From Frisingicoccus sp. (GTDB lineage Bacteria; Bacillota; Clostridia; Lachnospirales; Lachnospiraceae): a stretch of DNA of 64,000 bases. Each line of letters begins with the position of its first letter. Within the stretch, counting starts at the first letter, position 1. Where the stretch lies: the NCBI RefSeq assembly GCF_016298055.1, contig NZ_JAEDDO010000001.1; one strand, 5' to 3'. Below the pieces are notes generated by a model that was given only the letters and a program-made list of their open reading frames with translations, did not search any database and had not been told where the DNA came from. Below, piece after piece: positions 48,998 to 59,918 of this stretch. Both the position numbers and the translations under genes were made by a program.

Positions 48998-50290
48998 ATG
49001 GAACAATATGTTATAAAAGGCGGAAATCCATTGGTCGGCGAAGTCACTATAGGCGGTGCAAAGAATGCGGCATTAGGTATTCTCGCAGCTGCGATCATGA
49101 GTGATGAAGATGTGATTATTGATAATCTGCCGGATGTAAGCGATATCAATGTTTTATTGCAGGCCATTGCATCCATTGGCGCAGATGTTGTGCGTATTAG
49201 TAGAAATGTAGTAAAGATCAATGGCAAAAATATTCACAGTTTTTGTATTGATGATGGATTTATTCGTAAGATAAGAGCTTCGTACTATTTGCTTGGGGCA
49301 CTCCTCGGCAAATATAAAGAGGCAGAAGTTGCCCTTCCGGGAGGGTGTAATATTGGAAGTCGTCCAATTGACCAGCATCTGAAAGGTTTTCGGGCACTTG
49401 GGGCTAAAGTAGAAATTAATAATAGTATGATTGTTGCAAAAGCGGAGCATTTGAAAGCACGTCATATCTATCTGGATGTGGTGAGCGTTGGCGCTACGAT
49501 CAATATTATGCTGGCTGCTTCTATGGCTGAAGGACGAACCATTCTTGAGAATGCGGCAAAAGAACCGCATATCGTAGATGTAGCAAATTTCCTGAATTCG
49601 ATGGGTGCAGATATCAAAGGTGCCGGTACGGATGTTATTCGTATCCGCGGTGTTGAAAAACTTCACGGAACAGAATATACAATTATTCCGGATCAGATTG
49701 AAGCAGGAACCTTTATGTGTGCGGCTGTGGCAACGCAGGGCGATGTGACAGTTAAACATGTTATTCCGAAACATCTGGAGTCTATTTCGGCTAAATTAAT
49801 AGAAATGGGTGCTGAGATTGAAGAACTGGATGATGCCGTTCGTGTTGTTGCGTCCAAACGTTTACAGCCTACGAATATTAAGACACTGCCGTATCCGGGA
49901 TTTCCGACGGATATGCAGCCTCAGGCGGTAATTGCGCTTGCCCTTGCAGATGGTACAAGCGTCATTACAGAGAGTATCTTTGAAAATCGTTTCCGTTATG
50001 TGGACGAACTGACGCGTATGGGTGCCCATATTAAAGTTGAGGGGAATACAGCGATCATTATTGGTATTCCACGGTATAAAGGGGCACATATGAGTGCACC
50101 GGATCTGCGTGCGGGAGCGGCACTTGTCATTGCGGCACTGGCTGCTGACGGGTATTCAACAATTGATTCGATTGGATATATTCAGCGTGGATATGAAGAT
50201 TTTGAAGGTAAACTTCGAAGCCTGGGAGCATGTATTGAGCGTGTTGAGAATGAAAAAGATATTCAGAAATTTAAGCTGAAGATTGGTTAA
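48998..50290 (+). CDS. murA: UDP-N-acetylglucosamine 1-carboxyvinyltransferase
   Basis: GAKNA, IRASY, LPGGCNIGSRPIDQH (catalytic Cys), PGFPTDMQ, DLRAGAA. Confidence 0.97.
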   Translation: MEQYVIKGGNPLVGEVTIGGAKNAALGILAAAIMSDEDVIIDNLPDVSDINVLLQAIASIGADVVRISRNVVKINGKNIHSFCIDDGFIRKIRASYYLLGALLGKYKEAEVALPGGCNIGSRPIDQHLKGFRALGAKVEINNSMIVAKAEHLKARHIYLDVVSVGATINIMLAASMAEGRTILENAAKEPHIVDVANFLNSMGADIKGAGTDVIRIRGVEKLHGTEYTIIPDQIEAGTFMCAAVATQGDVTVKHVIPKHLESISAKLIEMGAEIEELDDAVRVVASKRLQPTNIKTLPYPGFPTDMQPQAVIALALADGTSVITESIFENRFRYVDELTRMGAHIKVEGNTAIIIGIPRYKGAHMSAPDLRAGAALVIAALAADGYSTIDSIGYIQRGYEDFEGKLRSLGACIERVENEKDIQKFKLKIG

Positions 50291-50316
50291 TGAAACAATT
50301 TTATACGTGACAATTT

Positions 50317-50414
50317 CTCTTATTCAGAGCAATGGAGCCGAAGGAGCGATGAAATTGCGGCAACCCCGATGACGGAAGGTGCCTGCCGGAGCGAGTGAAC
50401 TCGAACAATAAGAG
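50317..50414 (+). ncRNA. SAM-I (S-box) riboswitch
   Basis: CTCTTATT/AATAAGAG P1, AGAG, GATGAA, GGCAACC...GGTGCC P3; upstream of metK. Confidence 0.85.
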
Positions 50415-50432
50415 GATTTGATATGAAGAATC

Positions 50433-50460
50433 AAGTCCGCTTTTTGCGGACTTTTCTTTT
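50433..50460 (+). terminator. Riboswitch expression-platform terminator
   Basis: AAGTCCGC-ttttt-GCGGACTT followed by TTCTTTT. Confidence 0.8.
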
Positions 50461-50486
50461 AGGATTTTTTGAGAGGAGTATTACAA

Positions 50487-51677
50487 ATGGAAAGAGTTTT
50501 ATTTACATCAGAATCTGTAACCGAAGGTCATCCGGATAAAATCTGCGATGCTGTTTCCGATGCTATTTTAGACGCGATGCTTGAACAGGATCCGATGAGC
50601 CGTGTAGCCTGTGAAACATGTGCTACGACAGGTCTTGTCATGGTTATGGGTGAAATTACATCAAAAGCAACGGTTGATATTGGAAAAGTTGTGCGTGACA
50701 CAGTAAATGAAATTGGATATAATCGTGGAAAATTTGGATTTGATGCAGATACTTGTGCTGTAATGGTTGCTTTAGACAAACAGTCACCGGATATTGCCAT
50801 GGGTGTTGATAAGGCATTAGAGGCAAGGGAACATCAGATGACCGATGACCAGATTGAAGCTATTGGTGCGGGCGATCAGGGAATGATGTTCGGATACGCA
50901 ACAAACGAGACAGAAGAGTATATGCCGTATCCGATCGCACTGGCACATAAGCTTGCAAGACAATTGACACGTGTCCGTAAAGATGGTACATTAATGTATC
51001 TTCGTCCGGATGGTAAGACTCAGGTTACTGTTGAATATGATGAAGAAGGCAAGCCATCCCGTCTGGATACGGTTGTTCTTTCTACACAGCATGATCCGGA
51101 TGTGACACAGGAACAGATTCATGAAGATATTCAAAAATATGTATTTGATGTTGTCCTTCCAAAGGATATGGTAGACGAAAATACACGTTTTTTCATTAAT
51201 CCGACAGGCCGTTTTGTGATCGGAGGGCCTCACGGTGACAGTGGATTGACCGGAAGAAAAATTATTGTAGATACTTATGGCGGATATGCTCGTCACGGCG
51301 GCGGCGCATTTTCGGGAAAAGACTGTACAAAAGTAGACCGCTCTGCAGCTTATGCGGCACGTTATGTGGCTAAAAATATTGTTGCAGCAGGTTTGGCTGA
51401 AAAGTGTGAGATTCAGTTGTCTTATGCGATAGGTGTGGCTCAGCCGACATCCATTATGATCGATACTTTCGGTACAGGTAAGCTTACAGAAGCAGAGTTC
51501 GTTAATATGATTCGTGAAAATTTTGATCTCCGCCCGGCAGGCATTATCAAAATGCTGGATTTACGTCGTCCTATTTATAAACAGACAGCGGCCTACGGAC
51601 ATTTTGGACGCAATGATCTGGATTTACCATGGGAAAAAACGGATAAGGCAGAAGACCTCAAAAAATATTTAAAATAA
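50487..51677 (+). CDS. metK: S-adenosylmethionine synthetase
   Basis: [28 protein letters not shown]. Confidence 0.98.
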   Translation: MERVLFTSESVTEGHPDKICDAVSDAILDAMLEQDPMSRVACETCATTGLVMVMGEITSKATVDIGKVVRDTVNEIGYNRGKFGFDADTCAVMVALDKQSPDIAMGVDKALEAREHQMTDDQIEAIGAGDQGMMFGYATNETEEYMPYPIALAHKLARQLTRVRKDGTLMYLRPDGKTQVTVEYDEEGKPSRLDTVVLSTQHDPDVTQEQIHEDIQKYVFDVVLPKDMVDENTRFFINPTGRFVIGGPHGDSGLTGRKIIVDTYGGYARHGGGAFSGKDCTKVDRSAAYAARYVAKNIVAAGLAEKCEIQLSYAIGVAQPTSIMIDTFGTGKLTEAEFVNMIRENFDLRPAGIIKMLDLRRPIYKQTAAYGHFGRNDLDLPWEKTDKAEDLKKYLK

Positions 51678-51735
51678 CGGTAACAGATTTTAAAGATTTT
51701 TGATGTGAGCTCATAATTGGACAGGAGGGATTAAA

Positions 51736-53208
51736 ATGCGGCTGGCTACTCGGATGAAAATCACATATGGTGTCGTTTTCTTTGTGCCTATCATTTTGAT
51801 CGCAGTGACTTTCTGGGGACTTGGACGCCTTGAACTGGAAAGTCTCAGGCAGAAATATGATATGAGAAATGCAAGCATGGAGATGCTGTTTAATCCTTTT
51901 GAAGTACTTGGTAATATGTCAGACAGTGTGGTTGAAGAACTGGAAAGTGCAGCAGAACAGAAACCGGAACAATTTGAGAACATAGAATATCTGGAGAATA
52001 TCAATGCACGTCTTGAAAGAGTCTATTCCTTTCTTGTTGTGAGAAAGGATGGGGAAATCTATTATTCAGGCGAAGATATAGATTTTGTAAACCGTATTGA
52101 GCTTGGAGGAGAAATAAAAAAAGGCGGTTTTATTGTAGGAGAAGAACCTTTTCATGTGAAGCAGATCAGCTTTGAATATACAGACGATACGTACGGAGTT
52201 GTTCAGATTTTTACTCCTGTGAGTGTAGTCGTCGATCAGGTTGAGCGGATGGCACTCAAAGTACTGGTCAGTGCGTTGATCATTCTTTTACTTGTTGGCG
52301 CGATTGCATTTACCTGGCTGTATCAGAGCGTTGTGCAGCCATTGGAAAAGCTTAAAAAGGCGGCTGTAAATATAAAAAATGGGAACCTTGATTTTAATGT
52401 TATCACGGATAATGATGATGAGATCGGAGAAGTCTGTACAGCATTTGAGGAGATGCGTATCAAGCTGAAGGATCAGATTGAATTGAGTATGCAGTATGAG
52501 AAAGATAATAAAGAATTGATCAGCAATATTTCTCATGATTTGAAAACGCCTATTACAGCGATAAAAGGATATGTAGAAGGTATAAGGGACGGTGTGGCGG
52601 ACACGCCGGAAAAAATGGACAAATATATTCGGACGATTTATAATAAGGCCACAGACATGGATCGGCTGATCGACGAATTGTTTTTGTATTCAAAGCTGGA
52701 CAGTAATTCCATGAATTACAGTTTTGCCAAACTGAATTTAAAAGATTACTTTGAGGATTGTGTGGATGAAATTTCTCTGGATCTGGAATCCAGAGGCATT
52801 TCACTTGAGTATCGGAATTATGTGCCGGAAGATACGATTATCATTGCAGATCCGGAGCAGCTTAAACGTGTTATCAATAATATTGTGGGTAATTCTGTAA
52901 AATATATGGGTTCGCGTCCGGGACGTATTCGCATTTTTATAAAAAATGAGCCCGAATTTGTTCAGGTTGATATCAGTGACAATGGAACAGGAATTGCAAA
53001 AAAAGAGCTTCCCCATATTTTTGAACGATGTTATCGGACGGATGCTTCAAGAAATTCATCCAAAGGCGGCAGCGGTCTCGGGTTATCTATTGCGAAGAAA
53101 ATTATTGAAGAACATGGCGGTAAGATATGGGCTAACAGCGTGGAGAATGAAGGAACAACATTAAGTTTTGTTTTGCGCAAGTACAAGGAGTGTGTGACAT
53201 ATGAGTAA
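51736..53208 (+). CDS. Sensor histidine kinase (2 TM, HAMP, HisKA, HATPase)
   Basis: ISHDLKTP, NIVGNSVKY, DNGTGI, GSGLGL. Confidence 0.93.
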   Translation: MRLATRMKITYGVVFFVPIILIAVTFWGLGRLELESLRQKYDMRNASMEMLFNPFEVLGNMSDSVVEELESAAEQKPEQFENIEYLENINARLERVYSFLVVRKDGEIYYSGEDIDFVNRIELGGEIKKGGFIVGEEPFHVKQISFEYTDDTYGVVQIFTPVSVVVDQVERMALKVLVSALIILLLVGAIAFTWLYQSVVQPLEKLKKAAVNIKNGNLDFNVITDNDDEIGEVCTAFEEMRIKLKDQIELSMQYEKDNKELISNISHDLKTPITAIKGYVEGIRDGVADTPEKMDKYIRTIYNKATDMDRLIDELFLYSKLDSNSMNYSFAKLNLKDYFEDCVDEISLDLESRGISLEYRNYVPEDTIIIADPEQLKRVINNIVGNSVKYMGSRPGRIRIFIKNEPEFVQVDISDNGTGIAKKELPHIFERCYRTDASRNSSKGGSGLGLSIAKKIIEEHGGKIWANSVENEGTTLSFVLRKYKECVTYE

Positions 53209-53890
53209 GATATTGATCATAGAAGATGAAGTCAGCATTGCAGAACTCGAAAAAGATTATCTGGAATTAAGCGGTTTTGAGGTAGATATGGAACATAGCG
53301 GGGACACAGGACTGGAGAAAGCGCTGAAAAAAGATTTTGATCTGATTATTCTTGATTTGATGCTCCCGGGCATTGATGGATTTGAGATATGCCGCAGAAT
53401 CAGGGAGAAAAAAAATATTCCGGTTCTGATGGTTTCTGCCAAAAAGGAAGATATTGATAAGATCCGCGGTCTTGGCATGGGTGCAGATGATTATATTACG
53501 AAACCATTCAGCCCGAGTGAGCTGGTAGCCCGGGTAAAAGCGCATCTGGCAAGATATGAGCGGTTAATAGGAAGTGCCGTCAGGAGCAATGAGATTATTG
53601 AGATCCGCGGCCTTAAAATTGATAAAACGGCTCGAAGAGTTTACGTTAATGGTGAGGAAAAGGCATTTACGACAAAAGAATTTGACTTATTGACTTTTCT
53701 TGCGGAAAATCCAAATCACGTATTTAAGAAAGAAGAACTGTTTAATAAAATATGGGATATGGAATCTTTGGGAGATATCGCGACAGTTACAGTGCATATT
53801 AAGAAAATTCGTGAAAAAATCGAGCTTAATACATCAAAGCCTCAGTATATTGAAACGATATGGGGAGTAGGATATCGGTTTAAAGTATGA
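53201..53890 (+). CDS. OmpR-family response regulator
   Basis: LIIEDE, LDLMLP, GADDYITKPF, IETIWGVGYRF. Confidence 0.95.
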   Translation: MSKILIIEDEVSIAELEKDYLELSGFEVDMEHSGDTGLEKALKKDFDLIILDLMLPGIDGFEICRRIREKKNIPVLMVSAKKEDIDKIRGLGMGADDYITKPFSPSELVARVKAHLARYERLIGSAVRSNEIIEIRGLKIDKTARRVYVNGEEKAFTTKEFDLLTFLAENPNHVFKKEELFNKIWDMESLGDIATVTVHIKKIREKIELNTSKPQYIETIWGVGYRFKV

Positions 53891-54603
53891 TGAATATAGA
53901 AATTTTATATGAGGACAGAGATATTATTGTTTGCGTGAAACCACATGGAGTGCCTTCCCAGTCAGACAGGTCGTCGGCGATGGATATGATCAGCTGGATA
54001 AAAAATCATCTTGCAGCCGAGTCGGGGAAAAAAGGCGGTTTTTATGTCGGGGCGGTACATCGTCTGGACCGTCCGGTGGCTGGAGTCATGGTGTATGCAA
54101 AAACAAAAAAAGCGGCAGAAGATCTTAGCCGGCAATTTTCTGCACATACGACAGAGAAATACTATCTTGCTCTTCTGACCGGAAAAATGGCACAGGAGCA
54201 GGGCAAACTTGAAAATTTTCTACAGAAAGACGGGCGCACAAACACCTCATCTGTCGTGGCTTCCGGAGGGAAAAGAGCCTGTCTTGAGTACCGTATTCTT
54301 GGTGAGAAAGACGGTTTGTCGCTGGCAGAGATCCATTTAAATACAGGACGACATCATCAGATACGGGTGCAGACAGCTTATGCCGGAGCAGGCATATATG
54401 GCGATATGAAATATAATTCGGATCAAACGGATATGTGGAAGAAAGAACATGGGGTGCAGCGTGAAAAAACAGAATTGTGCCTTTTTGCATGGCGGCTTGT
54501 ATTTGAACATCCATCGCTTCACAAGCGAATGATTTTTAAAGTTTTGCCAAAGACAGGACGTATGTGTATTGACGAATGGCCGTGTTTATCTTACTATGAA
54601 TGA
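53887..54603 (+). CDS. RluA-family pseudouridine synthase
   Basis: VHRLDRPVAG, TGRHHQIR, GDMKY. Confidence 0.92.
   Translation: MMNIEILYEDRDIIVCVKPHGVPSQSDRSSAMDMISWIKNHLAAESGKKGGFYVGAVHRLDRPVAGVMVYAKTKKAAEDLSRQFSAHTTEKYYLALLTGKMAQEQGKLENFLQKDGRTNTSSVVASGGKRACLEYRILGEKDGLSLAEIHLNTGRHHQIRVQTAYAGAGIYGDMKYNSDQTDMWKKEHGVQREKTELCLFAWRLVFEHPSLHKRMIFKVLPKTGRMCIDEWPCLSYYE
54569..54597 (+). promoter_or_regulatory. Putative proS promoter inside the 3' end of the rluA gene
   Basis: TTGACG-17nt-TACTAT, 30 nt before the proS ATG. Confidence 0.5.
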
Positions 54604-54627
54604 AGAAAATAAAAGGAGACTTTAATT

Positions 54628-56061
54628 ATGGCGAAGGAAAAGAAATTAGTTGAGGCAATTACTTCGATGGAAGAAGATTTTGCACAATGGTATACAGATG
54701 TTGTCAAAAAAGCAGAACTTGTAGATTATGCAAGTGTTAAAGGCTGCATGGTGATCAAACCGGCCGGTTATGCGATCTGGGAAAATATCCAGAAAGAACT
54801 GGACCGTCGTTTTAAAGAGACAGGCGTTGAAAATGTGTATATGCCATTGTTCATTCCTGAAAGTTTATTACAGCGGGAAAAAGATCATGTTGAAGGTTTT
54901 GCTCCGGAAGTGGCATGGGTAACACATGGCGGACTTGAACCGCTTCAGGAAAGATTGTGCGTGCGTCCGACGTCCGAAACTTTATTCTGCGATTTTTATG
55001 CGAGAGATATTCAGTCCCACAGAGATCTTCCGAAATTATATAATCAGTGGTGTTCTGTCGTACGCTGGGAGAAAACAACACGTCCGTTTTTACGTTCAAG
55101 AGAATTTTTATGGCAGGAAGGTCATACGGCACATGCTACGGCAGAGGAAGCTGAAGAAAGAACGATTCAGATGCTGAATCTGTATGCGGATTTCTGTGAA
55201 GAAGTTCTTGCTATGCCGGTTATCCGCGGTAGAAAAACAGATAAAGAAAAATTTGCCGGTGCGGAAGCAACATATACAATTGAAGCACTCATGCATGACG
55301 GCAAGGCACTCCAGTCGGGAACAAGCCATAATTTTGGTGACGGTTTTGCAAAAGCCTTCGGAATACAGTATGCAAATAAAGAGAATAAGCTGGAATATGT
55401 CCATCAGACATCCTGGGGTATGACAACACGTTTGATCGGTGCGATCATCATGGTTCATGGAGATGATTCCGGTCTTGTGCTTCCTCCGAGAATTGCACCG
55501 ACACAGGTTATGATTATTCCTATCCAGCAGAAAAAAGCCGGTGTTCTCGACAAGGCATATGAAATGAAAGATATGCTTAAAGGATTCCGTGTAAAAGTGG
55601 ATGATACGGATAAGAGTCCGGGATGGAAGTTCTCTGAAGCGGAGATGAGAGGAATTCCTGTGCGCGTCGAGATCGGTCCGAAGGATATTGAAGCCGGCCA
55701 TGCGGTGATCGTACGCCGTGATACACGTGAAAAACAGATCGTTGCTCTGGATGAACTGACACAGAAAGTGGAAGAGACACTGGATGCAATGCAGAAAGAT
55801 ATGCTTGAAAGAGCAAGAGCGCATCGTGATGCTCATACTTATGAAGCACATGACTTTGCTGAATTTAAAGATATTGTTGAAAATAAACCAGGCTTTGTCA
55901 AAGCAATGTGGTGCGGCGATGAGGCATGTGAAAATATGATAAAAGAAGAAACAGGAGCAACATCCCGGTGCATGCCTTTTAAACAGGAGCATTTGTCTGA
56001 TACATGTGTATGCTGCGGTAAAACTGCAAAGACAATGGTATACTGGGGTAAAGCATATTAA
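54628..56061 (+). CDS. proS: Proline-tRNA ligase, archaeal/eukaryotic type
   Basis: [33 protein letters not shown]-terminal Zn Cys motifs and terminal KAY. Confidence 0.96.
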   Translation: MAKEKKLVEAITSMEEDFAQWYTDVVKKAELVDYASVKGCMVIKPAGYAIWENIQKELDRRFKETGVENVYMPLFIPESLLQREKDHVEGFAPEVAWVTHGGLEPLQERLCVRPTSETLFCDFYARDIQSHRDLPKLYNQWCSVVRWEKTTRPFLRSREFLWQEGHTAHATAEEAEERTIQMLNLYADFCEEVLAMPVIRGRKTDKEKFAGAEATYTIEALMHDGKALQSGTSHNFGDGFAKAFGIQYANKENKLEYVHQTSWGMTTRLIGAIIMVHGDDSGLVLPPRIAPTQVMIIPIQQKKAGVLDKAYEMKDMLKGFRVKVDDTDKSPGWKFSEAEMRGIPVRVEIGPKDIEAGHAVIVRRDTREKQIVALDELTQKVEETLDAMQKDMLERARAHRDAHTYEAHDFAEFKDIVENKPGFVKAMWCGDEACENMIKEETGATSRCMPFKQEHLSDTCVCCGKTAKTMVYWGKAY

Positions 56062-56070
56062 AGAACAGGA

Positions 56071-56754
56071 ATGATATGTGTGGAGAAATCCTATGAAAAA
56101 GTTGTAGACTACGTTCAGAAGCAGATTATGGACGGGGTCTACAACCTTGGAGATAAACTGCCTTCAGAACGTGAAATGGCACAGCAGTTGAATGTAAGCC
56201 GGACATCTGTCAGAGAAGGAATACGGATATTGGAGCAGATGGGGGCTTTGTCCTGCCAGCAGGGATCAGGCAATTATATTAATGGAGATTTTGAAAATAC
56301 ACTGATTCGTGTCATGACGTTGATGTTTGCCGTCGAGGGAACAACCTATCGTGAAATCGGCGAATTCCGTTATGCGCTGGAATATCAGGCTTTGTCTCTG
56401 GCTGTTCATCATGCAACAGAAGAGCAGATTGCAGAGATGGAATATCATATGAGTATGCTTGAGTCATTGCAGGAAGAAAATCTTCGATCAAAACATGATA
56501 AACGTATACACTATTTGTTGGTGGAATCATCCCATAATAATTATCTTATTGTTAATTTTTTGGCATTAACACAGGTGATGGATCAGTATGTTAAAGATAT
56601 GCGTGTGCGTATTTTGAAGGATGAAGAGAATAGAGAAGGTCTTATGCAGACGCATAAAGATTTGATTCGAGCTGTTCGAAATAAGGATATTCATCTTGGG
56701 CAGGAGGCATTGAACCGTCATTTTGTATATATTTACAACTATCTGGACAGCTGA
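56071..56754 (+). CDS. GntR/FadR-family regulator (LldR/LutR-like)
   Basis: GDKLPSEREMA..LNVSRTSVRE HTH; FCD domain. Confidence 0.92.
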   Translation: MICVEKSYEKVVDYVQKQIMDGVYNLGDKLPSEREMAQQLNVSRTSVREGIRILEQMGALSCQQGSGNYINGDFENTLIRVMTLMFAVEGTTYREIGEFRYALEYQALSLAVHHATEEQIAEMEYHMSMLESLQEENLRSKHDKRIHYLLVESSHNNYLIVNFLALTQVMDQYVKDMRVRILKDEENREGLMQTHKDLIRAVRNKDIHLGQEALNRHFVYIYNYLDS

Positions 56755-56946
56755 TTGTTTTCTGCGGAAGAAAATGTAAATCCAGTTATTAACAAATATT
56801 GTCAGTGAAGAGTTTTGCCAATATTGACAAAAAAAAGACAAAGACTTTGTGCGAAAGAACAAAAGATTTTTTGAGAATAAAAAGCGTAACTGTGCAATGC
56901 TTATAAAAAAGCAGGGTATAGAGCTGAGTTAAACAGTAAAAATTAC

Positions 56947-57002
56947 TTGACAAATGACCATCTATATCTTATGATGGTAATATATGAAAGGTAGGACCAT
57001 TT
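56947..57002 (+). promoter_or_regulatory. Sigma-A promoter and FadR-type operator
   Basis: TTGACA-17nt-TATGAT (56947-75); aaaGGT-agg-ACCattt (56987-57002). Confidence 0.7.
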
Positions 57003-57104
57003 GGGCCATTTTATCTGTTTTTTATGGTTATTGTGTACATAGTGTGCAATAAAAAATATATAAAGCAAAGGGTTCTTATTAAAGGATTAAGGAGGAATGT
57101 TGAA

Positions 57105-58547
57105 ATGAGTGCATACGGAAAAGTAACTCCGGAAATCGTGGAGAAATTTAAAGAAATTGCACCAGGACGGGTTTATGTAGGAGAGGAAATCAACGACGAT
57201 TTTACACATGACGAAATGTCTATTTATGGTAAAGCTGTACCAGAAGCAGTTGTTGATGCTATGACTACAGAAGAAATCTCAGCTGTAATGAAGATTTGTT
57301 ACGAAAACGCTATTCCAGTAACACCTAGAGGTGCTGGAACTGGTCTTGTTGGTGCCAGTGTTCCGATTGCCGGAGGTATCGTTATCAATACAACAAAAAT
57401 GAATAAAATCCTTGAGTACGATTTAAACAACTTCGTTGTTAAAATCCAGCCAGGTGTTCTTTTAAACGATCTCGCAGAAGACTGCGTAAGCCGCGGCCTT
57501 ATGTATCCACCAGATCCAGGTGAAAAATTTGCTACAGTTGGTGGTAATGTTTCCACAAATGCTGGTGGTATGAGAGCTTGTAAATATGGCGCTACAAGAG
57601 ATTATGTACGTGCTATGACAGTTGTTTTACCAAACGGTGAAATCGTTAAATTCGGAAGCACTGTTTCTAAAACATCTTCAGGTTACTCTCTTGTTAACCT
57701 TATGGTTGGTTCTGAAGGTACTCTTGGTATCATCACAGAATTAACATTAAAAATTATTCCAGCTCCGAAGGAAGTTATCAGTTTAGTAATGCCTTTCGAA
57801 GATCTGGCTTCCTGTATTTCCACAGTACCTCTGTTCAAGAAAAATCATCTTGATCCACAGGCTCTGGAATTCATGGAAAGAGCAATTGTTGAAAAATCCG
57901 AAAAATATGTTGGTAAAGCTGTATATCCAAAGGTACTTGACGGTGTTGAAGCTGGTGCATACCTCCTTGTAACATTTGATGGTAAAGATATGGATGAACT
58001 TGAAGTGATTATGGAAGAAGCTTCCGAAATCGCTCTTGAAAACGGCGCTATCGACGTTATCGTTGCAGATACACCACCTAAGATCAAAGATGTTTGGGCA
58101 GCAAGAAGCTCCTTCCTTGAAGCTATCAAAGCTGAAACACACTGGAAAGATGGTCTTGAACTTCTTGATGAATGTGACGTTGTTGTTCCTCTTGACCAGA
58201 TCGCACCATATGTTGAATATGTATACGGCGTTGGCGAGAGAATGGGACTTCAGGTTGAAAGTTTCGGTCACGCAGGTGATGGTAACCTTCATATCTACGT
58301 TATCGGTGATGATCAGATCAGCGTTGCTGAATTCAAAGAAAAAGCAGATGCATTCTTTGATGAAATTTATCCGGAAGCATCACGCGTTGGCGGTTTAGTA
58401 TCTGGTGAACATGCAATCGGTTCTGGTAAACTTGATTATCTTGCTCAGGCAGAAGGTGCTACAAATATGGATCTTATGCTTGGAATCAAGAAAGTATTTG
58501 ACCCTAAGTTAATCATGAACCCAGGTAAAGTTTGCTACAAACTGTAA
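57105..58547 (+). CDS. FAD-dependent 2-hydroxyacid (D-lactate/glycolate) dehydrogenase, LctD/GlcD type
   Basis: PRGAGTGLVG, PPDPG, TVGGN.STNAGG, GSEGTLG, GHAGDGNLH, SGEHAIG, MNPGK; AAGGAGG SD. Confidence 0.9.
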   Translation: MSAYGKVTPEIVEKFKEIAPGRVYVGEEINDDFTHDEMSIYGKAVPEAVVDAMTTEEISAVMKICYENAIPVTPRGAGTGLVGASVPIAGGIVINTTKMNKILEYDLNNFVVKIQPGVLLNDLAEDCVSRGLMYPPDPGEKFATVGGNVSTNAGGMRACKYGATRDYVRAMTVVLPNGEIVKFGSTVSKTSSGYSLVNLMVGSEGTLGIITELTLKIIPAPKEVISLVMPFEDLASCISTVPLFKKNHLDPQALEFMERAIVEKSEKYVGKAVYPKVLDGVEAGAYLLVTFDGKDMDELEVIMEEASEIALENGAIDVIVADTPPKIKDVWAARSSFLEAIKAETHWKDGLELLDECDVVVPLDQIAPYVEYVYGVGERMGLQVESFGHAGDGNLHIYVIGDDQISVAEFKEKADAFFDEIYPEASRVGGLVSGEHAIGSGKLDYLAQAEGATNMDLMLGIKKVFDPKLIMNPGKVCYKL

Positions 58548-58619
58548 TTTATAAAATTTTATTTATAAATCATTTAACATTACTTTTTATTTATTAATTT
58601 TTAAAGGAGGGCTTAGGAA

Positions 58620-59762
58620 ATGAATTTTCATTTCAATGAAGAAGAACAGGAAATCCTCAATATGTTAGAGGATTTTGCAGCTAAAGAAGTAGGACCAAGA
58701 GCTCAGGAAGTCGATGAAGAGGAACGTTTCCCAATCGAAGCACGTGAACAGCTTGCTGAAATGGGTATGATGGGTATTTATTTCCCAGAAGAATACAATG
58801 GTTCAGGTCTTAGCTACATGACATACATTGGTGTATGTGAAAAATTAGCTGAGTACTGTGCAACAACATCCATCATGGTTATGGCTTCTGAATCCCTTTG
58901 TGCATGGCCAATCTTTGCATATGGTACAGAAGAACAGAAACAGAAATATCTTGCTCCACTTTGCTCCGGTGAAAAATTAGGTGCTTTCGCACTTACAGAG
59001 CCAAGTGCAGGAACAGATGCTGCTATGCAGAAAACTGTAGCTGTTGACAAAGGTGACCACTGGTTACTCAACGGTTCTAAAATCTTTATCACAAACGCTC
59101 ATTATGCAGATATCTTCGTTATCTTTGCTTTAACAGACAAAGAAGCTGGAACAAAAGGTATCTCTGCTTTCATCATTGAAAAAGGAACACCAGGATTTGA
59201 TGTAACTGGACATGAAAAGAAAATGGGTATCCGTGGTTCTTCCACAAGTGAATTAATCTTCAACGATTGCAAACTTCCAAAAGAAAACCTTTTAGGTGAA
59301 CTTGGAAAAGGCTTCAAGATCGCTATGACAACACTTGATGGCGGACGTGTTGGTGTTGCAGCTCAGGCTGTTGGTATCGCACAGGGTGCTATTAACGATG
59401 CTTTAGCATACGTTAAAGAACGTGTTCAGTTTGGTAAACCAATCTGGAAATTCCAGAATACACAGTTCCAGTTAGCTGATATGCAGGCAAAAGTTGACGC
59501 AGCTCGTCTTCTTCTTTACCGTGCAGCTCAGGCTAAACAGGATGGCGAACCATACAGCCACTTAGCAGCTATGGCTAAACTTGTTGCTGCTGAAACAGCT
59601 TCTGACGTTACACGTCGTTGTGTACAGCTGGCTGGTGGATATGGATATTCCCGTGACTATCCATTCGAACGTCATATGCGTGATGCGAAGATCACAGAAA
59701 TTTACGAAGGAACATCTGAAGTTCAGAGAATGGTTATCTCCGGATGGATGGGTGCTAAATAA
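58620..59762 (+). CDS. Acyl-CoA dehydrogenase (butyryl-CoA dehydrogenase-like)
   Basis: AFALTEPSAGTD, LNGSKIFITN, KMGIRGS, YEGTSEVQR. Confidence 0.93.
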   Translation: MNFHFNEEEQEILNMLEDFAAKEVGPRAQEVDEEERFPIEAREQLAEMGMMGIYFPEEYNGSGLSYMTYIGVCEKLAEYCATTSIMVMASESLCAWPIFAYGTEEQKQKYLAPLCSGEKLGAFALTEPSAGTDAAMQKTVAVDKGDHWLLNGSKIFITNAHYADIFVIFALTDKEAGTKGISAFIIEKGTPGFDVTGHEKKMGIRGSSTSELIFNDCKLPKENLLGELGKGFKIAMTTLDGGRVGVAAQAVGIAQGAINDALAYVKERVQFGKPIWKFQNTQFQLADMQAKVDAARLLLYRAAQAKQDGEPYSHLAAMAKLVAAETASDVTRRCVQLAGGYGYSRDYPFERHMRDAKITEIYEGTSEVQRMVISGWMGAK

Positions 59763-59849
59763 TTTACATAATACCTTTGTAAATATTGGAAATTAATTTA
59801 AATTTCCCTGTGCAATTTAATTCGTTGCAGAATAATTAAAAATTTTCAT

Positions 59850-59888
59850 ACGACTGGTGTGCAGGATCTAAATCTACACACCAGTTGT
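59850..59888 (+). other. Strong intergenic stem-loop upstream of the etfB RBS
   Basis: ACGACTGGTGTG...CACACCAGTTGT 12-bp stem with no U tail. Confidence 0.6.
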
Positions 59889-59918
59889 GTTATTATGAAA
59901 AAGGAGAGTACAACAAAA

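Noticed and set aside
54604-54627. T-box leader for proS
   Set aside because: Only 24 nt of intergenic space and no T-box consensus
55108-55992. 294-aa minus-strand ORF, and similar antisense ORFs over murA, yfhO, hom and the dehydrogenase genes
   Set aside because: Shadow frames of well-supported + strand genes with no recognisable motifs
57025-57055. Rex-like operator TTGTGTACATAGTGTGCAA
   Set aside because: Spacing and symmetry do not fit TTGTGAA-N4-TTCACAA well enough to call
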